Positions 1 to 13,685 of a stretch of 64,000 bases of DNA are shown here, one piece after another. Under the pieces are notes generated by a model. That model saw only the letters and a list, made by a program, of their open reading frames with translations, did no database searches and had not been told where the DNA came from. Within the stretch, counting starts at the first letter, position 1. Every line of letters starts with the position of its first letter. Both the position numbers and the translations under genes were made by a program. Source of the DNA: Octopus vulgaris (Eukaryota); contig OX597831.1 in assembly GCA_951406725.2 (NCBI GenBank), positions 56,916,001-56,980,000 of the forward strand. Direction: 5' to 3'.

Positions 1-228
1 TTATTACCCACAAGGGGCTAAACACAGAGAGGACAAACATGGACAGACAAACGGGTTAAGTCGATTATATCGACCCCAGTGCATAACTGGTACTTAATTT
101 ATCGACCCCGAAAGGATGAAAGGCAAAGTTGACCTCTGCGGAATTTGAACTCAGAACGTAGCGGCAGACAAAATACCACTAAGCATTTCACCCAGTGTGC
201 TAACATTTCTGCCAGCTCACTGCCTTAC
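1..228 (-). mobile_element. tRNA-derived SINE, family A (GCCTTTCATCCTTTCGGGGTCGATAAA central domain)
   Basis: Minus-strand head ggcagtgagctggcagaa...gagttcaaattcc (A/B-box-like). More than 10 related copies, e.g. 4478, 24350, 30925, 33470, 49800, 54940, 57853, 59150, 63680. Confidence 0.8.
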
Positions 229-943
229 CACCCCAAATATTCTACTTATTTGATGTTAAAACTGACCAGATCTAGCCTTTCACACTTACCCTACAATGTT
301 ATTCTAAAAGTATACAAACACATCATTGAAATCTTGAAGCTATAAGATAATGCATGATTAATTCAAAACAATGTGAGTAAATAAGCAATACATTTGACAA
401 AAATATTTGAATGCTGAAGAAATAAAGAACCTGGTTTATTGTTTAAGACTGCTATCTGATGTCAAGCGCCATTTCTCAGAAATTTCTAAATGACTTGACA
501 GTTTTTTAGTATTGTCTCTTGAAAGTGAAAAAAAAATTAGGTATTTAAGTTAGACTACTTAGCTAGCTGTGACTTGTTGCTAGTTGAAATATATTTACAA
601 GATGGTGATTAAAGTGTCTACTGGTTATGAAAATTATACACATGAATGAGCTTTTATACCTAATATTTTTATTCACTTATTTGAGTGAAATTTTTGGTTG
701 AAAGAAACAGCAGTAAAATTTAATAGTTTTGAGTTCAAGGTGATGCAATGTTTTCTTATATTGTATGTTAAACCACATTCACTAACTTCTTTCTTTGAAA
801 GCCAGTTTTGTAAAAATGTTTAGTATACCAACTCATGAGGTTGAATTGCTTTTTATAGTAAATAGGTCATCATTGTTTTATAAGTTGTTTCTAAACAAGT
901 GGAGTCGTTTCTTTGTGTCCTGAAGTTTTGAATTTAACATCAA

Positions 944-1232
944 CTAGCAGTATAGCCCAGCATTGCCCGGGCTTGTTTTCTTTTCAACCCTTTAGAATTG
1001 GAATTTTCGAAAAGTAAAAATTTTGCATTATGTAGTTAGTTATTCTCTTTAAGTGAACATTTTTCTGGTTGAAATACACCGAAAAATGGTGACACAGCTG
1101 TAAAAAAATCGTAAAAAATCGGGATTTTCATAGAAAAAAAGCACCTTTTTTATGTAAATAATTTTTGGTGTTAACATGGTCTGATTTAAATTTTTTCTTC
1201 GACGGAAGGAAGAGCAAGCCTTCTTCTATCAA
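944..1232 (-). mobile_element. Non-autonomous Helitron, 3' part, truncated next to an RTE fragment
   Basis: 3' hairpin plus CTAG terminus on the minus strand; internal sequence matches 39696-40086 and 62301-62695. Confidence 0.75.
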
Positions 1233-1289
1233 ACTCTGAAGGGATTTGTGATTGTCTGCCTTCCTACTTACTAAGAGGTAGTCAGAGTC

Positions 1290-1600
1290 TATTCTATCAT
1301 AGACTCTGACTACCTCGATTACCTTATCAACCCATTTCTCTGCAAAGAGTATATCTGCATCCCTAACCCCATCAGTGTTCCCTACCCAGAAAATCTTATA
1401 CTTATGATCTTTGCCTGTGAGGAACCTAGCAGAACTTCCTCTCCACTTTATTTTTTGGATGCAGCACAAAATCTACACGTCTCCGTTCAAGCGTCCCAAC
1501 AATCTCATAAGACCTACCTTTCAATGTGCCAACTCTAAGGGTGTGGAAGGTGTGGGCCTGCGAGACCCTGGGATGGGGGACAGCAGCATTACGTATCTGA
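1290..1600 (-). mobile_element. RTE-clade LINE fragment, N-terminal AP-endonuclease region, frameshifted
   Basis: Peptides LRVGTLKGRSYEIVGTLERRRVD and CCIQ..KWRGSSARFLTG..YKIFWVG...ILFAEKWVDKVIEVVRVYDRI resemble the RTE APE domain. Confidence 0.75.
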
Positions 1601-2337
1601 AAAGAAAGCTTGCATTTGGCAGATCTCATAAGCATACAATAACCTTCAACCTGCATACACTACACTATCATTTTATTCGCTACATAATCAGTATATACAA
1701 CAGGAGATAGACATTAAGTAGGGATGGAGGTAACGTTCGATACAATAAGCCATTAGAGGTGCTCAGGAGAAAGACATTCGGTAGCGATCAGAGGATAAAG
1801 ACTTCCGGTATAAGTGGTGGGGGCAAGATGAGAGGGCAGACTGCGAACGGCAGAGCAATGAGGCTGCCCTATTCCCTAGCAGAAGCCGATGTGGCATAAC
1901 TACAGATAAAGTAAGCTGCTAATCAATAGTCAACATGGGTAAACAAGTGGTTAACAAAACTGAAATAGGTAGATAGATAGATAGATAGATAGAGATAGAT
2001 AGATAGAGATAGAGAGAGAGAGGGAGAGAGAGAGAGTCCAGAGTTAGGGCTGGTCGAAGACAGAACATGAAGAGATGGAATTTTTGAGATTTAGAGCAAG
2101 GGTAAAGAATTGAACGATTGGAATTCTTAACTTTACCATAACATACCGGTAAATGAATAACAAAAATATCTATCATAAAGAGCATTATAGAGTGAAGCAG
2201 AACGGAACATGGCATTCTTAACTTTAACTATAGCTATAACTTACAGTATGTAGTTAGCCAAACTGTGACAAAAATAAATAAATGGACAACAATAATAATA
2301 ATTTTTAGAATGAGCATCAAAGTGAGAGAGAATTGAG

Positions 2338-2982
2338 GGATTTTTTCCTTTTGAACGGCAGATGTCAACACAATTTCTAGTTAACTAAACACTTTTAAAC
2401 TTTGTATACTGGTAGAATGTGTTTATAAAACATCATTTTCTCTTGGTTCTATTGAGAAAATTCTATAGTTTGTAAGATATTCCATCTGAAAATCCGAGCA
2501 TTTCGGCAATTTTAACCAATCGATTACCTCCATTCAATTAAAATCATTTGCTGCGTCTAAAACTGAGACAACATCCTGTAACTAACCCTAAACCTCCCCC
2601 CTAACCCAAACCCTAACCCTAATTTTTTTTTCTTAATTATTAAATTAATTTTATTCCATTGCTTTAGTTTTTTTTACATGCATAACAATTAAATTAATTT
2701 AACAATTAATAAAAAAAAATTTAGGGTTAGGGTTAGGGGGAGGTTTAGGGTTAGTTACAGGATGTTGTCTCAGTTTTAGACGCAGCAAATTATTTTAGCT
2801 CAAAAGAGAGCATAGGATTGGTTAAAATTCGAAAAATTAAACTACGTTAAACAAACAAATTACAATTTTCTCAAGAAAGCCAAGAGAAAAAAATGTTTTA
2901 TTTTGACACATTCTACCAGTATACGAAGTTTTAAAGTGTTTAGTTAACTAGAAATTGTCTGCTGTTCAAAAGGAAAAGATCC
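2338..2982. mobile_element. Merlin-like foldback MITE with 8-bp TSD and internal (CCCTAA)n/(TTAGGG)n
   Basis: Termini GGATTTTTTCCTTTTGAACGGCAG and CTGCTGTTCAAAAGGAAAAGATCC. Perfect GAATTGAG duplication at 2330-2337 and 2983-2990. Arms are imperfectly complementary over most of the element. Confidence 0.8.
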
Positions 2983-3199
2983 GAATTGAGTTGAACATAG
3001 GGTTTCTTATAAGTTTACTATAATATACGCCATGGAAAAGACGAAACTGTCTATTCCATGCTGTATTATTCATTAAATTATCTAATTTAATGAATAATGA
3101 TAGTAATTATAATTTGCGCTTTAAAATGAGGTTTAGATGTGTGCTAGGTTGGAAACGAGAGTTGCTTATCTGAACATTTTCGGATGCGGTCTACCACTT

Positions 3200-3755
3200 T
3201 GTCAAACTGTATAGCCAGGGTTATCTACCTTGAACGTTCAGTGTGAAGGAAACCAATTTTCCCATTATACGGACGTTAACAAATTAAACTGCTAGCTGAG
3301 CCTGAGTGAGGTTTTAGAACTAATATTTTTCTTTATCATGGATATACCCATGACCCCCCAGCAATAACTGACTGGTATAATATGTGCCGCGAGGTGTGTG
3401 GATTCATAGTTTATCATGTACGACGAAGGAAGATGGTTAGAACAAACGATAACCCCATTCAGATCGACGAAGCAAGATTTACTGTCGACGAAAATACAAT
3501 TGAGGAAGAATACTGAATGGCAACAACGCTCCTCTCTTCCAAGACAGGGATGCAGAACGAAACAAAAGAACCATAGACGTAGAATCGATCGGCCGTGGGT
3601 TTTTAGTCTGAAACAAGGCTCAGACTGTCGATACTTTTGTGTGGAAAGAAAAAGTGAAAAAGGTTCATAAATTCATTCAGATGAGTGGCCAGCTTATAAT
3701 GATTTAAATGCCATAGGTTATCAGTATCTGATAGTGAACCATCAACGACATTATA
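3200..3755 (+). pseudogene. Degenerate Merlin (IS1595/ISXO2-like DDE) transposase fragment
   Basis: Across frameshifts it reads AITDWYNMCREVC, PIQIDEARF..RRKYN*GR, PWVFS..RYFCVER and IHSDEWPAYNDLNAIGYQYLIVNH. Confidence 0.75.
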
Positions 3756-5251
3756 ATAATAATAATGAATGAAATTATTGTATACCGTGCTCAGGTGCAC
3801 CGGATCCAGTGACCGGAGCACACACTCAAGCCATTGAGTGATCAGGGTTAGATGCTAAAACTATGATTCTGGTAAAAAAAAAAAGAAGAAATCTCTGAAA
3901 TATCTGAAGTGTTTTATCTTTGAAATAATTAAAAGATAAGGTAGATAACTCTGTTTGACACTGTGGTAGATCGAATACTATACTAGCACCCATTTTTCTT
4001 CTCTACTCCGTGAGGCAAGGCTGCAAATATGTTGTATTTGCAATCTGAATGAAGCTAATTTAGATAGGGTTGGGTGGGGGAAGCGGAAGTAATATCCTCG
4101 CGTTGGCCAAAGAACGGCGAATGGCAGAGCACTGAGGCTGCCCTATTCCCTAGCAGACGAGGAACAAGTACTTTAATTAGTTAATTCCTTTTAATAATGT
4201 TTGCCGCAAGTAACGCTTGCCCTGGATTTTCCTTGGGTGTCCATTCGTTTAATAGATATTAATTACTCAGTAACTATATTTTATTGTTTCCTTATACTTT
4301 TCTTTCTTCTAGTAATAGAGTTATTTCCCTTTAGCCTGTCTGTCTGTCCGTCTCTCTTTTTCTCTCTGTCTCTCTCTTTCTGTGTGTCTGTGTGTGTGTG
4401 TCTGTCTGTCTCCCTCTCTCTCTCTCTGTCTCTCTTTCTTTAATGTCCAATATTAAACCCAAGAAAAAGGCAGGGTGCTGGCAGAGTCGTTAGCACACCA
4501 AGCAAAATGCTTAGTGATATTTGATCCATCTTTATGTTCTGAGTTCAAATTCTGCCGAGGTCAACTTTGCCTTTCATTCTTTCAGCATCAATAAAATAAG
4601 TACCAGTTTAGCACTGGCGTTGATTGTAATAGACTTAACCCTTTCTCAAAATTGCGGAATGTATTTAGTTACATACTTTCAGTTTTGTGATCAAACCCCA
4701 CCAATGATGGCATTGTCATTATTCTGTCAGGAATTAATTCAATATTTAGTAGTAATACGCCAGGGTTAATTGACCATATGCTGTAAAGATGCTCAAAGCA
4801 GAAGGAATTTATGCAAGAGGGAGACATGGACGAAATACTGAAGACTTGATCTAAGGATGCTGACTGAGATGACTGGCAAAATGCTCGCCTAGTTGTGCAA
4901 GCGTAGCAAAACAAAAGTTAAAAACTTTGTACGACAGGAAGCTGTGAGGCGTCTAGATTTGGGTTACTCCTGCAGTAGTCTCCCTTACATCGCTGATGCC
5001 TTCACATCTCTCTCTATCACTTACTCTTCCTTCTATCCACCGTAGAAGGTTGTAAGAGTGTCCATAATGATGGGAGTGGATCTCTTATTCACCGTACTCG
5101 AATCCGAGTATATATATTTGTTTGACTAGCTTACTAGCTAAACTATAACATTTAGAATTAAACCAACACTTATATATTCATTACATCATAGGACAGATAA
5201 TGAAAATTAGGAGCTTATTTTTAAATATATATATATATATATATGTAAATA

Positions 5252-5450
5252 TATCTGTAAAATAATATGTGACAATTATTCGGTAGCAAAGATAAAACTC
5301 TGAGTTTCGGATGCCGAGGTGGAAATCCATACCACCATCTCTTCGGTTATCTGGTTAATTGTCACATATTATTTTACAGATAAATTTCCTCTATTTACAT
5401 AATATTGAGGTCTCTTTCTTTCTATTGTTATCTTACCATTTTTACCAATA
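5252..5450 (-). ncRNA. Hammerhead-ribozyme-like motif (5290-5352) inside a 27-bp inverted repeat, flanked by TA repeats
   Basis: Minus strand: agataa CCGAAGA gatg...catc c GAAA ctc a gag TT ttatct. Arms 5252-5278 and 5356-5382. Confidence 0.6.
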
Positions 5451-5459
5451 TATATATAT

Positions 5460-5864
5460 ACTCTTTTACTCTTTTACTTGTTTCAGTCATTTGACTGCGG
5501 CTATGCTGGAGCACCGCCTTTAGTCGAGCAAATCGACCCCGGGACTTATTCTTTGTAAGCCCAGTACTTATTCTATCGGTCTCTTTTGCTGAACCGCTAA
5601 GTGACGGGTACGTAAACACACCAGCATCAAGCAATGCTAGGGGGACAAACACAGACACACAAACATATACACACACATACATATATATATATATACATAT
5701 ATACGACAGGCTTCTTTCAGTTTCCGTCTACCAAATCCACTCACAAGGCATTGGTCAGCCCGGGGCTATAGCAGAAGACACCTGCCCAAGATGCCACACA
5801 GTGGGAGTGAACCCGGAACCATGTGGTTGGTTAGCAAGCTACTTACCACACAGCCACTCCTGTG

Positions 5865-5867
<3 letters not shown>
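5460..5867 (-). mobile_element. tRNA-derived SINE, family B (head, internal TA/TG microsatellite, GTAAAAGA-repeat tail)
   Basis: Near-identical to 6191-6596, 45313-45708 and 50836-51240. Further copies near 18805, 30519, 32570, 40180, 41285 and 43820. Confidence 0.8.
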
Positions 5868-5903
<36 letters not shown>

Positions 5904-6190
5904 GATGACGATTTAGCTAACTGAAACTTCAAAGTCACTGGCATATTTCTTCACAGGCACTCTAATTTCATTCAAATGTGGTTCATATACTGCTGCTTAA
6001 TGTCATGCAATATCAAAAACAACTGCAACAATTCAACCTCAAATACAAGTCAGTATGTAGTAACTAAATATGCAAAAGTTAGCTACCAAAATTCCCTCAA
6101 ATTTCATACTACCATCTTCTGAAACGACCCAGTTATGTTAACAAAACTGAAGGATTTATGACTAGATTTTTTTTTTCATAATAGTGGTAG

Positions 6191-6596
6191 GTGCAGGAGT
6201 GGCTGTGTGGTAAGTAGCTTGCTTACCAACCACATGGTTCCGGGTTCAGTCCCACTGTGTGGCACCTTGGGCAAGTGTCTTCTACTATAGCCTTGGGCCA
6301 ACCAAAGCCTTGTGAGTGGATTTGGTAGACAGAAACTAAAAGAAGCCCGTCGTATATATGTATATATCTATATATATATGCGTGTTTGTTTGTCTGTGTT
6401 TGTCCCCTAGCATTGCTTGGCAACCGATGCTGGTGTGTTTATGTCCCCGTTACTTAGCAGTTCGGCAAAAGAGATCGATAGAATAAGTACTGGGCTTACA
6501 AAAGAATAAGTCCCGAGGTCGAGTTGCTCGATTAAAGGCAGTGCTCCAGCATGGCCGCAGTCAAATGACTGAAACAAGTAAAAGAGTAAAAGAGAG
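6191..6596 (+). mobile_element. SINE family B, full length
   Basis: Head caggagtggctgtgtggtaag...gggttcagtccc; tail gaaacaagtaaaagagtaaaagag. Confidence 0.8.
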
Positions 6597-7226
6597 TAGC
6601 TATGTGACACTTCTTCCTTTCCCTCTCATAGTGTAATCTTTTATTACCTGGAATAAAGCCATCCTTTTCAATACTACAGCTCCTCAGTTTCAGAGAAGTA
6701 TCACAGATACAAGCACAACAATAAAGACAACAAAAATAAGAGTAAAAAAATAGTTAAATAAAAATATCATTTAATGATAATTCATTGCAAATACAATTTA
6801 GATAAAAATAAAAATGAAGTACAAATAACTGTGAAACTGCTTACAATTGTATTTTGTTCATAAATTTGTAGTTGCTTTTCATTAAAAAAAAATAATAATT
6901 GAAATTGTCAAATACAATATTTTTTTTCTTACATAGGCACAATGCCTCATTGTGGTAGAGGAGAAGGAGGGGACCAATGAGGTTGTGTGGCATTAATATC
7001 TTTCTCAAGAGTATTTTTTTTTAGGGGACATTACGGATGTAAATAAGTTTCCAATATTCATTGGTAATTACCAAGGAAATATTCAGTAACTGTTTCTTCT
7101 ATGGCACCATTTGCCAATTGTCAAAAATCGATATTTGAAATAGTTTATTTACATTTTCTTTCTTTTTGAAATTTAGTAAACATGTAGTATAATTATATAT
7201 TTCCTCAAAACAGTAATGCTCTACAG

Positions 7227-7323
<97 letters not shown>

Positions 7324-7341
7324 CATATAAATACTTATACG

Positions 7342-7387
<46 letters not shown>

Positions 7388-7792
7388 TACATACATACAT
7401 CATACTTGATATATATATATATATAGATAGATATATATACATACATACATTTATATATACACATGCATATATTTATAAATAACGTGCAGGCGCGCACACA
7501 CACACGCACGAGTTTTTCCAAATACATCATATAGTGCAAACATTTTCTGATATTGAACTCAGTACAAAGGATAGAATTGACTGTTGTATTTATTATATTA
7601 AAAGTTTTTGTTTTTGATATAATAAACACATCACTATAAACACACACTGACATGCATACATATGTACAGGTATACATACATATATATATATTAATGTGTG
7701 TGTGTGTGTATGTGTATATAAACAAGTGTGTGTATACATAGGTTTATATATGCATGTATATGTATATGCGTATGTACACACAGACACACACA

Positions 7793-8128
<336 letters not shown>

Positions 8129-8211
8129 AACAATTGCAGCGTGGGAGGTGTTTATAAGCCATTTAAGAAACACACAAAAGCCGTTCGATTCACTCCAACA
8201 TTTAAGTTTAA

Positions 8212-8261
8212 TTTGTCAAAATATTTTCGTCGCTAAAATCCGCGACCTGTTCACTGACAAA
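8212..8261 (-). ncRNA. Hammerhead-like motif with G3-C8 core
   Basis: Minus strand: tttgtca GTGAACA g gtcgc ggatttta gcgac GAAA atat TT tgacaaa. Second copy at 29545-29595. Confidence 0.6.
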
Positions 8262-8268
8262 GTCCGTG

Positions 8269-8376
<108 letters not shown>

Positions 8377-8934
8377 TGTATGTATGTATGTATGTATGTA
8401 AGTATAAAATATAGGTAGATAGGGTAAATTCCCAGCTGTTTCTTCTTGAAGCTGCTTATCCTATTATCACAATTCAATATGTAGATGCTGTTGTTGTTGA
8501 TGTACAGATGCAAAGCACATTTCAAAGTTGGAAATTCTGGAAATATTGTTTGCAGAGTTATAGTATAAGGAAAGAGGAAGTTGGAAAACTTACTTGTATC
8601 ATTTACCGCCACCACCCCCACCCCGTTACATATGTTCCATTTGCTAATAGGAATTACAGAGTTTTATATGTTACATGTTTTACATGTGAGGAATTTTCGA
8701 TTCATTTGCCAGAGAAATTAAATAATATCATTTAATTAAATGTTACTTAATTAAAAATCATTTAAATAATTATAATTTTATCAAATATTATTTAATTTCT
8801 TTGTCAAATGAATTTCTAATTGGAAATTCCTTATATGTTTATCTAACACGTAAAACTCTGTAATTCCTATTAGCAACAAAACATGTATAATGGTGAATAA
8901 ATAATGCCAATAAATTGTCCAACTTCCCGTTTTG

Positions 8935-8982
<48 letters not shown>

Positions 8983-9700
8983 ATATATATATATGATGTA
9001 CAGTGTGCATGTATATATATCTATTTACCTTGGGTATGATTTTAAACTGCATCTGGTAGTGGAGGCCCTGGTTTGGGAGTCCCAGGGTTAGTTTTGGAAT
9101 GTGGAACCACATCTTAGCTACTGTTGTTTCTAGTTATACCCTGATCTGGTGTTGTAGCATCTATCAGGGTCCTAGCTATGGTTTAATTAGCATGTTATGG
9201 AAGAAGCTCCATGCACAAATCCTCACTGTCATGTGAGTACCTTGGGAAAAGAAAAGGCTTGGAGGGTCTATTTTGACAGCATATCAAATAGTGAAGTCCC
9301 TCAGATGGTCCAGTGCCCTTTTTGACATCCTTCCAGCAGGTTTAGGATAGGTGGAGCTCTCCAACCCCGTAAAGCAATTATCCTGGGAGAAGGCTGCTCT
9401 AATGTTAAGCCTACAGCTTACTGGTCACTGCAGTGGTCTTAGCCTGCTTAGCCAATCTGGTCAGACTTCCAAGTCTACAGAGTAGGATTGGATTGCAAGG
9501 ACTGACTCTCACTTCAAAACTTACTAAATGCAGGCAAAAAGAAAAGCCCTGTCGTGCCAAGTATCAGTTTATATACCCACCCGAGGGTGTGCCACTCTTT
9601 CTCATGATCTTTGCTAACTATTGAATTATGAGCAAGGGTTCAGAATCATGAAGATGCACATCTCATTGGATTTTGAATAGTTTTGAATGTTGTAGCTCAT

Positions 9701-10004
9701 ATATTCACCTGATGAAAACAGTTTTCTCTAATAATATAATGTCTTCATTACTAAATTAAAAATTCATTGGAAACAGCTGCAGTGAATGTTATTTATTCAT
9801 TTATTATTCTCCTCCCTTGGAACCTGCTCCTTGCGTAGATCCACAGTTAGTTACATGAATCATCACGGAGTCTGCCATGATGATTCAAATTAATAATGCA
9901 TGAAATATCTAAGGGTATATTCTTCCTCCCTCTGAAAAGATTAAGTTCAGAAATATGATTTTAATATTTATTTTCACTGAGCTTAATTGAAACAGCTGTA
10001 AGAG
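9701..10004 (+). ncRNA. Tandem pair of degenerate hammerhead-like motifs (9701-9789 and 9928-10004)
   Basis: atattcac CTGATGA...GAAA cagctg CA gtgaatgt, and ccct CTGAAAA gattaagttcag...ctgagcttaatt GAAA cagctg TA agag. Confidence 0.55.
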
Positions 10005-10361
10005 ATAATGATTGATTTCGCTGATAATAAACTCTAATTAACTTCAATAACTCCAGTTTCTCATTATTCCTTTATATATATATATATATTCATATATTTA
10101 TAGAACTCTGATATGTTGGATTTTATACTCCCCACACCAAGTTCACTGTACTCTTTTTATTGATTTATATATATGTGTATGTATATATGTATACATGCAT
10201 ACATACATACATACATACATACATACATACATAGATATATATATATGTATATATATATATATACATACACACACATACATTTCTCTGTCTCTCTCTCTCT
10301 GTATGTATATATATTCACATATACAACCATATATACATACTTATATATATATACACACACA

Positions 10362-10921
10362 CTTTATTAATAAAGCTGCAAAGAAATCACAAAAACTATT
10401 ACCCAGAGTTTCATGTTCCAATTTGTTGGACAGTTTTGGTTAGGAATGGAACAAAATATGGTTATAAGCATAAATATACAATTACGTTGATACACATTTA
10501 AAAATTGTTTTGTTTCATTGGTCCTTGCAACTAATGGTCTTTTCAATAACTGGTTATATGAAATTACAATTACAAATTAAAATCATATTATTTAAGGTTT
10601 TCATAGATTTATATAATAATATGAATTTAAATCATAATTGTAATTTCATATAATCGGTCATTGAAAAGACTGTTGGTTGAAAGGGCCAATGAAACAAAAC
10701 TTTTTTCAAATGTGTATCTATCAACATAATTCTATATTTATGCATATGACCACATTTTGCTCCATTCTCAACCAAAACTGTCCGAGGGACGGGAATGTGA
10801 AACCCTGAGTAACAGTTTTTGTGATGTCTTTGCAATTTTATTAATAAAGCATTTTACTCTACCTCCAGTATTCGAGTACTGTTTATTTCACCTTGTTTCA
10901 TATTTATGAGCTTACTCTCGT
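10362..10921. mobile_element. Penelope-like pseudo-LTR remnant as a ~210-bp diverged inverted repeat with a hammerhead-like motif in each arm
   Basis: Arms 10362-10572 and 10635-10849. Right arm 10774-10819 reads aaaactgt CCGAGGG acg ggaa tgt GAAA ccc t gag TA acagtttt. Same family as 7843 and 14729. Confidence 0.6.
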
Positions 10922-11777
10922 ACATATAAATATATACATACATACATACATACATATAAATACATATATGTATACATACATACATACATACACATACATG
11001 CATACATACATACATACATACATATAAATACATATATGTATTCATACATACATACATACACATACATACATACATACATACATACATACATAATACATAC
11101 ATACATACATACATACATACATACATACATACATACATACATACATGCATATATACATGCATATATACATGCATACATGTTGAAAATACATGAGTACATT
11201 GCTGCAACTATGTTGACAAGTCTAAACATTTTTATTGTCTGACTGTGGTTCTAGATATATGCTTTTTGTGATAGCTAGTGTGGCCAACCATCTATTCCAC
11301 ATTAGACTCATCTCACTAATCAAACCACTTTCAATGCTCTGCTTCTATGTGTAAAAGTTTCAACTAGAACCAAAAGGTGTGCAAGTACAGTCATAAGTGG
11401 CTCTGTGTAGATTTCATAAAGGTATCCACAATGATGGACACCAAGTTTCTTTCATTTCTGATGATCTTGAGGATGGTAAGATGCAAGGGGCGTATCATGC
11501 TATCTTTTTCCTTGATGATATTCCAATTCTGGGCAATTATTGATTCTTGAGATTAATTTTGTTTCTCATTTGGAAATGAATGCAATTAACACCAGGAATT
11601 TGTTTATTATGTATTTTGAAGGAAAGAAAAATTTCAATAATTCAAGAATTTATTTTGTATGGGATTTAGTATAACTTTATTTGTTTTTGTTGTTCAAAAT
11701 CATGCCATTGCTTACTCTGAGTTATATCTCTTAGCTCATTTTTGTTTCATACACACAAACATGCATGCATGTATATG

Positions 11778-11845
<68 letters not shown>

Positions 11846-11846
11846 A

Positions 11847-11877
<31 letters not shown>

Positions 11878-12427
11878 GGCATGTTATATATATATACACT
11901 TTGAAGGTTGTTTGTTATGGCTGGTCAGAGACTGACCATTGGTTTCACACCTATATAGCACTTAGCTGCATAAGGGATGAGTTGCCTATTCAGCTGAGTG
12001 CTTTATAGCTGCAGAACCAATGGCGACTTTCTGACTGGCAATAACAAATAACCATCTAAAGATACTACTGCTCTGTTGTTTTAGAGTATGCTTCTTTTTC
12101 AGATATATATGCTCACACATATATGCATATATATGTATGTATCTATGTAGGCATATACACATATGACAATCAGATTTTGACCACTAAGCCATAAATGAAA
12201 ACCTCCCTATTTTGGTAAGGAGCATATATGCTCTTTTCTATGTAAACATTTGACGAATGCAAACTTTCTGATAATAAAAGTGATCTAAGCCCATTAGCAT
12301 TGAAACTGGCCATATCTAGCAAAAATATTCTACCTCTTACATGTTCATATGGGCCAGATCCACCTGTAGTTTCTTCATAGGGCGAAGCTTCTCTGATGTT
12401 TAGTTCATCAATATATATGTATATATA

Positions 12428-12512
<85 letters not shown>

Positions 12513-13243
12513 CATACCCTGCAATGTCATTCTAAAAAGAAAGAATCAAATCATTAAAATTTCAAGTTTATGAGATAATGTATGATTAATTCGTAACAAT
12601 ATGAATAAATAATCATTACATTTGACATAGTAATCTGAATGCTAAAGGGTAAAACAAAAATAACATAACAAAATCAGAGTAATTGACAGGAAGATAAACA
12701 TGCTCCGAAGTAAGAATTGTGATGAAGCACATCATTATGAACCAATCAGACATAAGTAATGCCAAAATCAATCTAACCAAAAGACATAAAACATAGGGTT
12801 AGCCCTTAATGATGTATAATAAAGGAATAAATGTGCAGAGTAATTTTGGTTCATGCCTAATGATTCTGGTAGCATGAAAACTTTAGAGAGAAATTCAGTT
12901 TGGTTTGTGTGTGTATGCACTATTTCCTGCAGAATATTGGACTGGAACTTAAACAATTGAAGAAAGCCACCAAGGAGATTGGCCTGACAGCCAAAACAGG
13001 CTCAAGGTGGCTATGGTTGATAAGAGACTGCAAATGGAACCCTTCTGCAAGTGAAAACTAATTCAGTCTTTGCTACTCCACCCAGGCGAAGAAGACTGGC
13101 TAAGGAGTAAAATGCTTGTGATGACCCCACAAGACATACCTGCTGATGATTTCCAATATTGTGATAGACTTACAAGAAGAGCTTGCAACACCTCTGAGTT
13201 ATACCTGTGGTTTCTTCATAGGGCAGCTTCTCTGTTTATTTCA

Positions 13244-13299
<56 letters not shown>

Positions 13300-13372
13300 C
13301 AACAATTGAGGGTAAAATTAATTAATCAATTTCACCAAGTGTTCAGTATGTAAAAGGACCATTTAAGGCGAA

Positions 13373-13685
13373 TTCAAATATTACATTATATAATTAGGGC
13401 TTAGTAAAATAAATTACTTTGCCACATACTGGACTTAGTAGAAATAGCAGCCAAAAAATTTTTTTAGCCATTTCTACTACTTAAAGAAAATTTCTCTCAG
13501 ATAATGTTTACTCCAGACAGCTCCAAACATTCGTGAGCTGTCTGGAGTAAACATTATCTGAGAGAAATTTTCTTTAAGTAGTAGAAATGGCTAAAAAAAT
13601 TTTTTTTGGCTGCTATTTCTACTAAGTCCAGTATGTGGCAAAGTAATTTATTTTACTAAGCCCTAATTATATAATGTAATATTTG

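Noticed and set aside
2583-2755. True telomere or telomere fusion site
   Set aside because: There are only a few degenerate units, and they sit inside a TSD-flanked transposon arm.
13020-13245. Additional hammerhead-like motifs near 13025 and 13143
   Set aside because: One has helix I but a badly degenerate core, and the other has CTGATGA without a matching GAAA; both are too weak to call.
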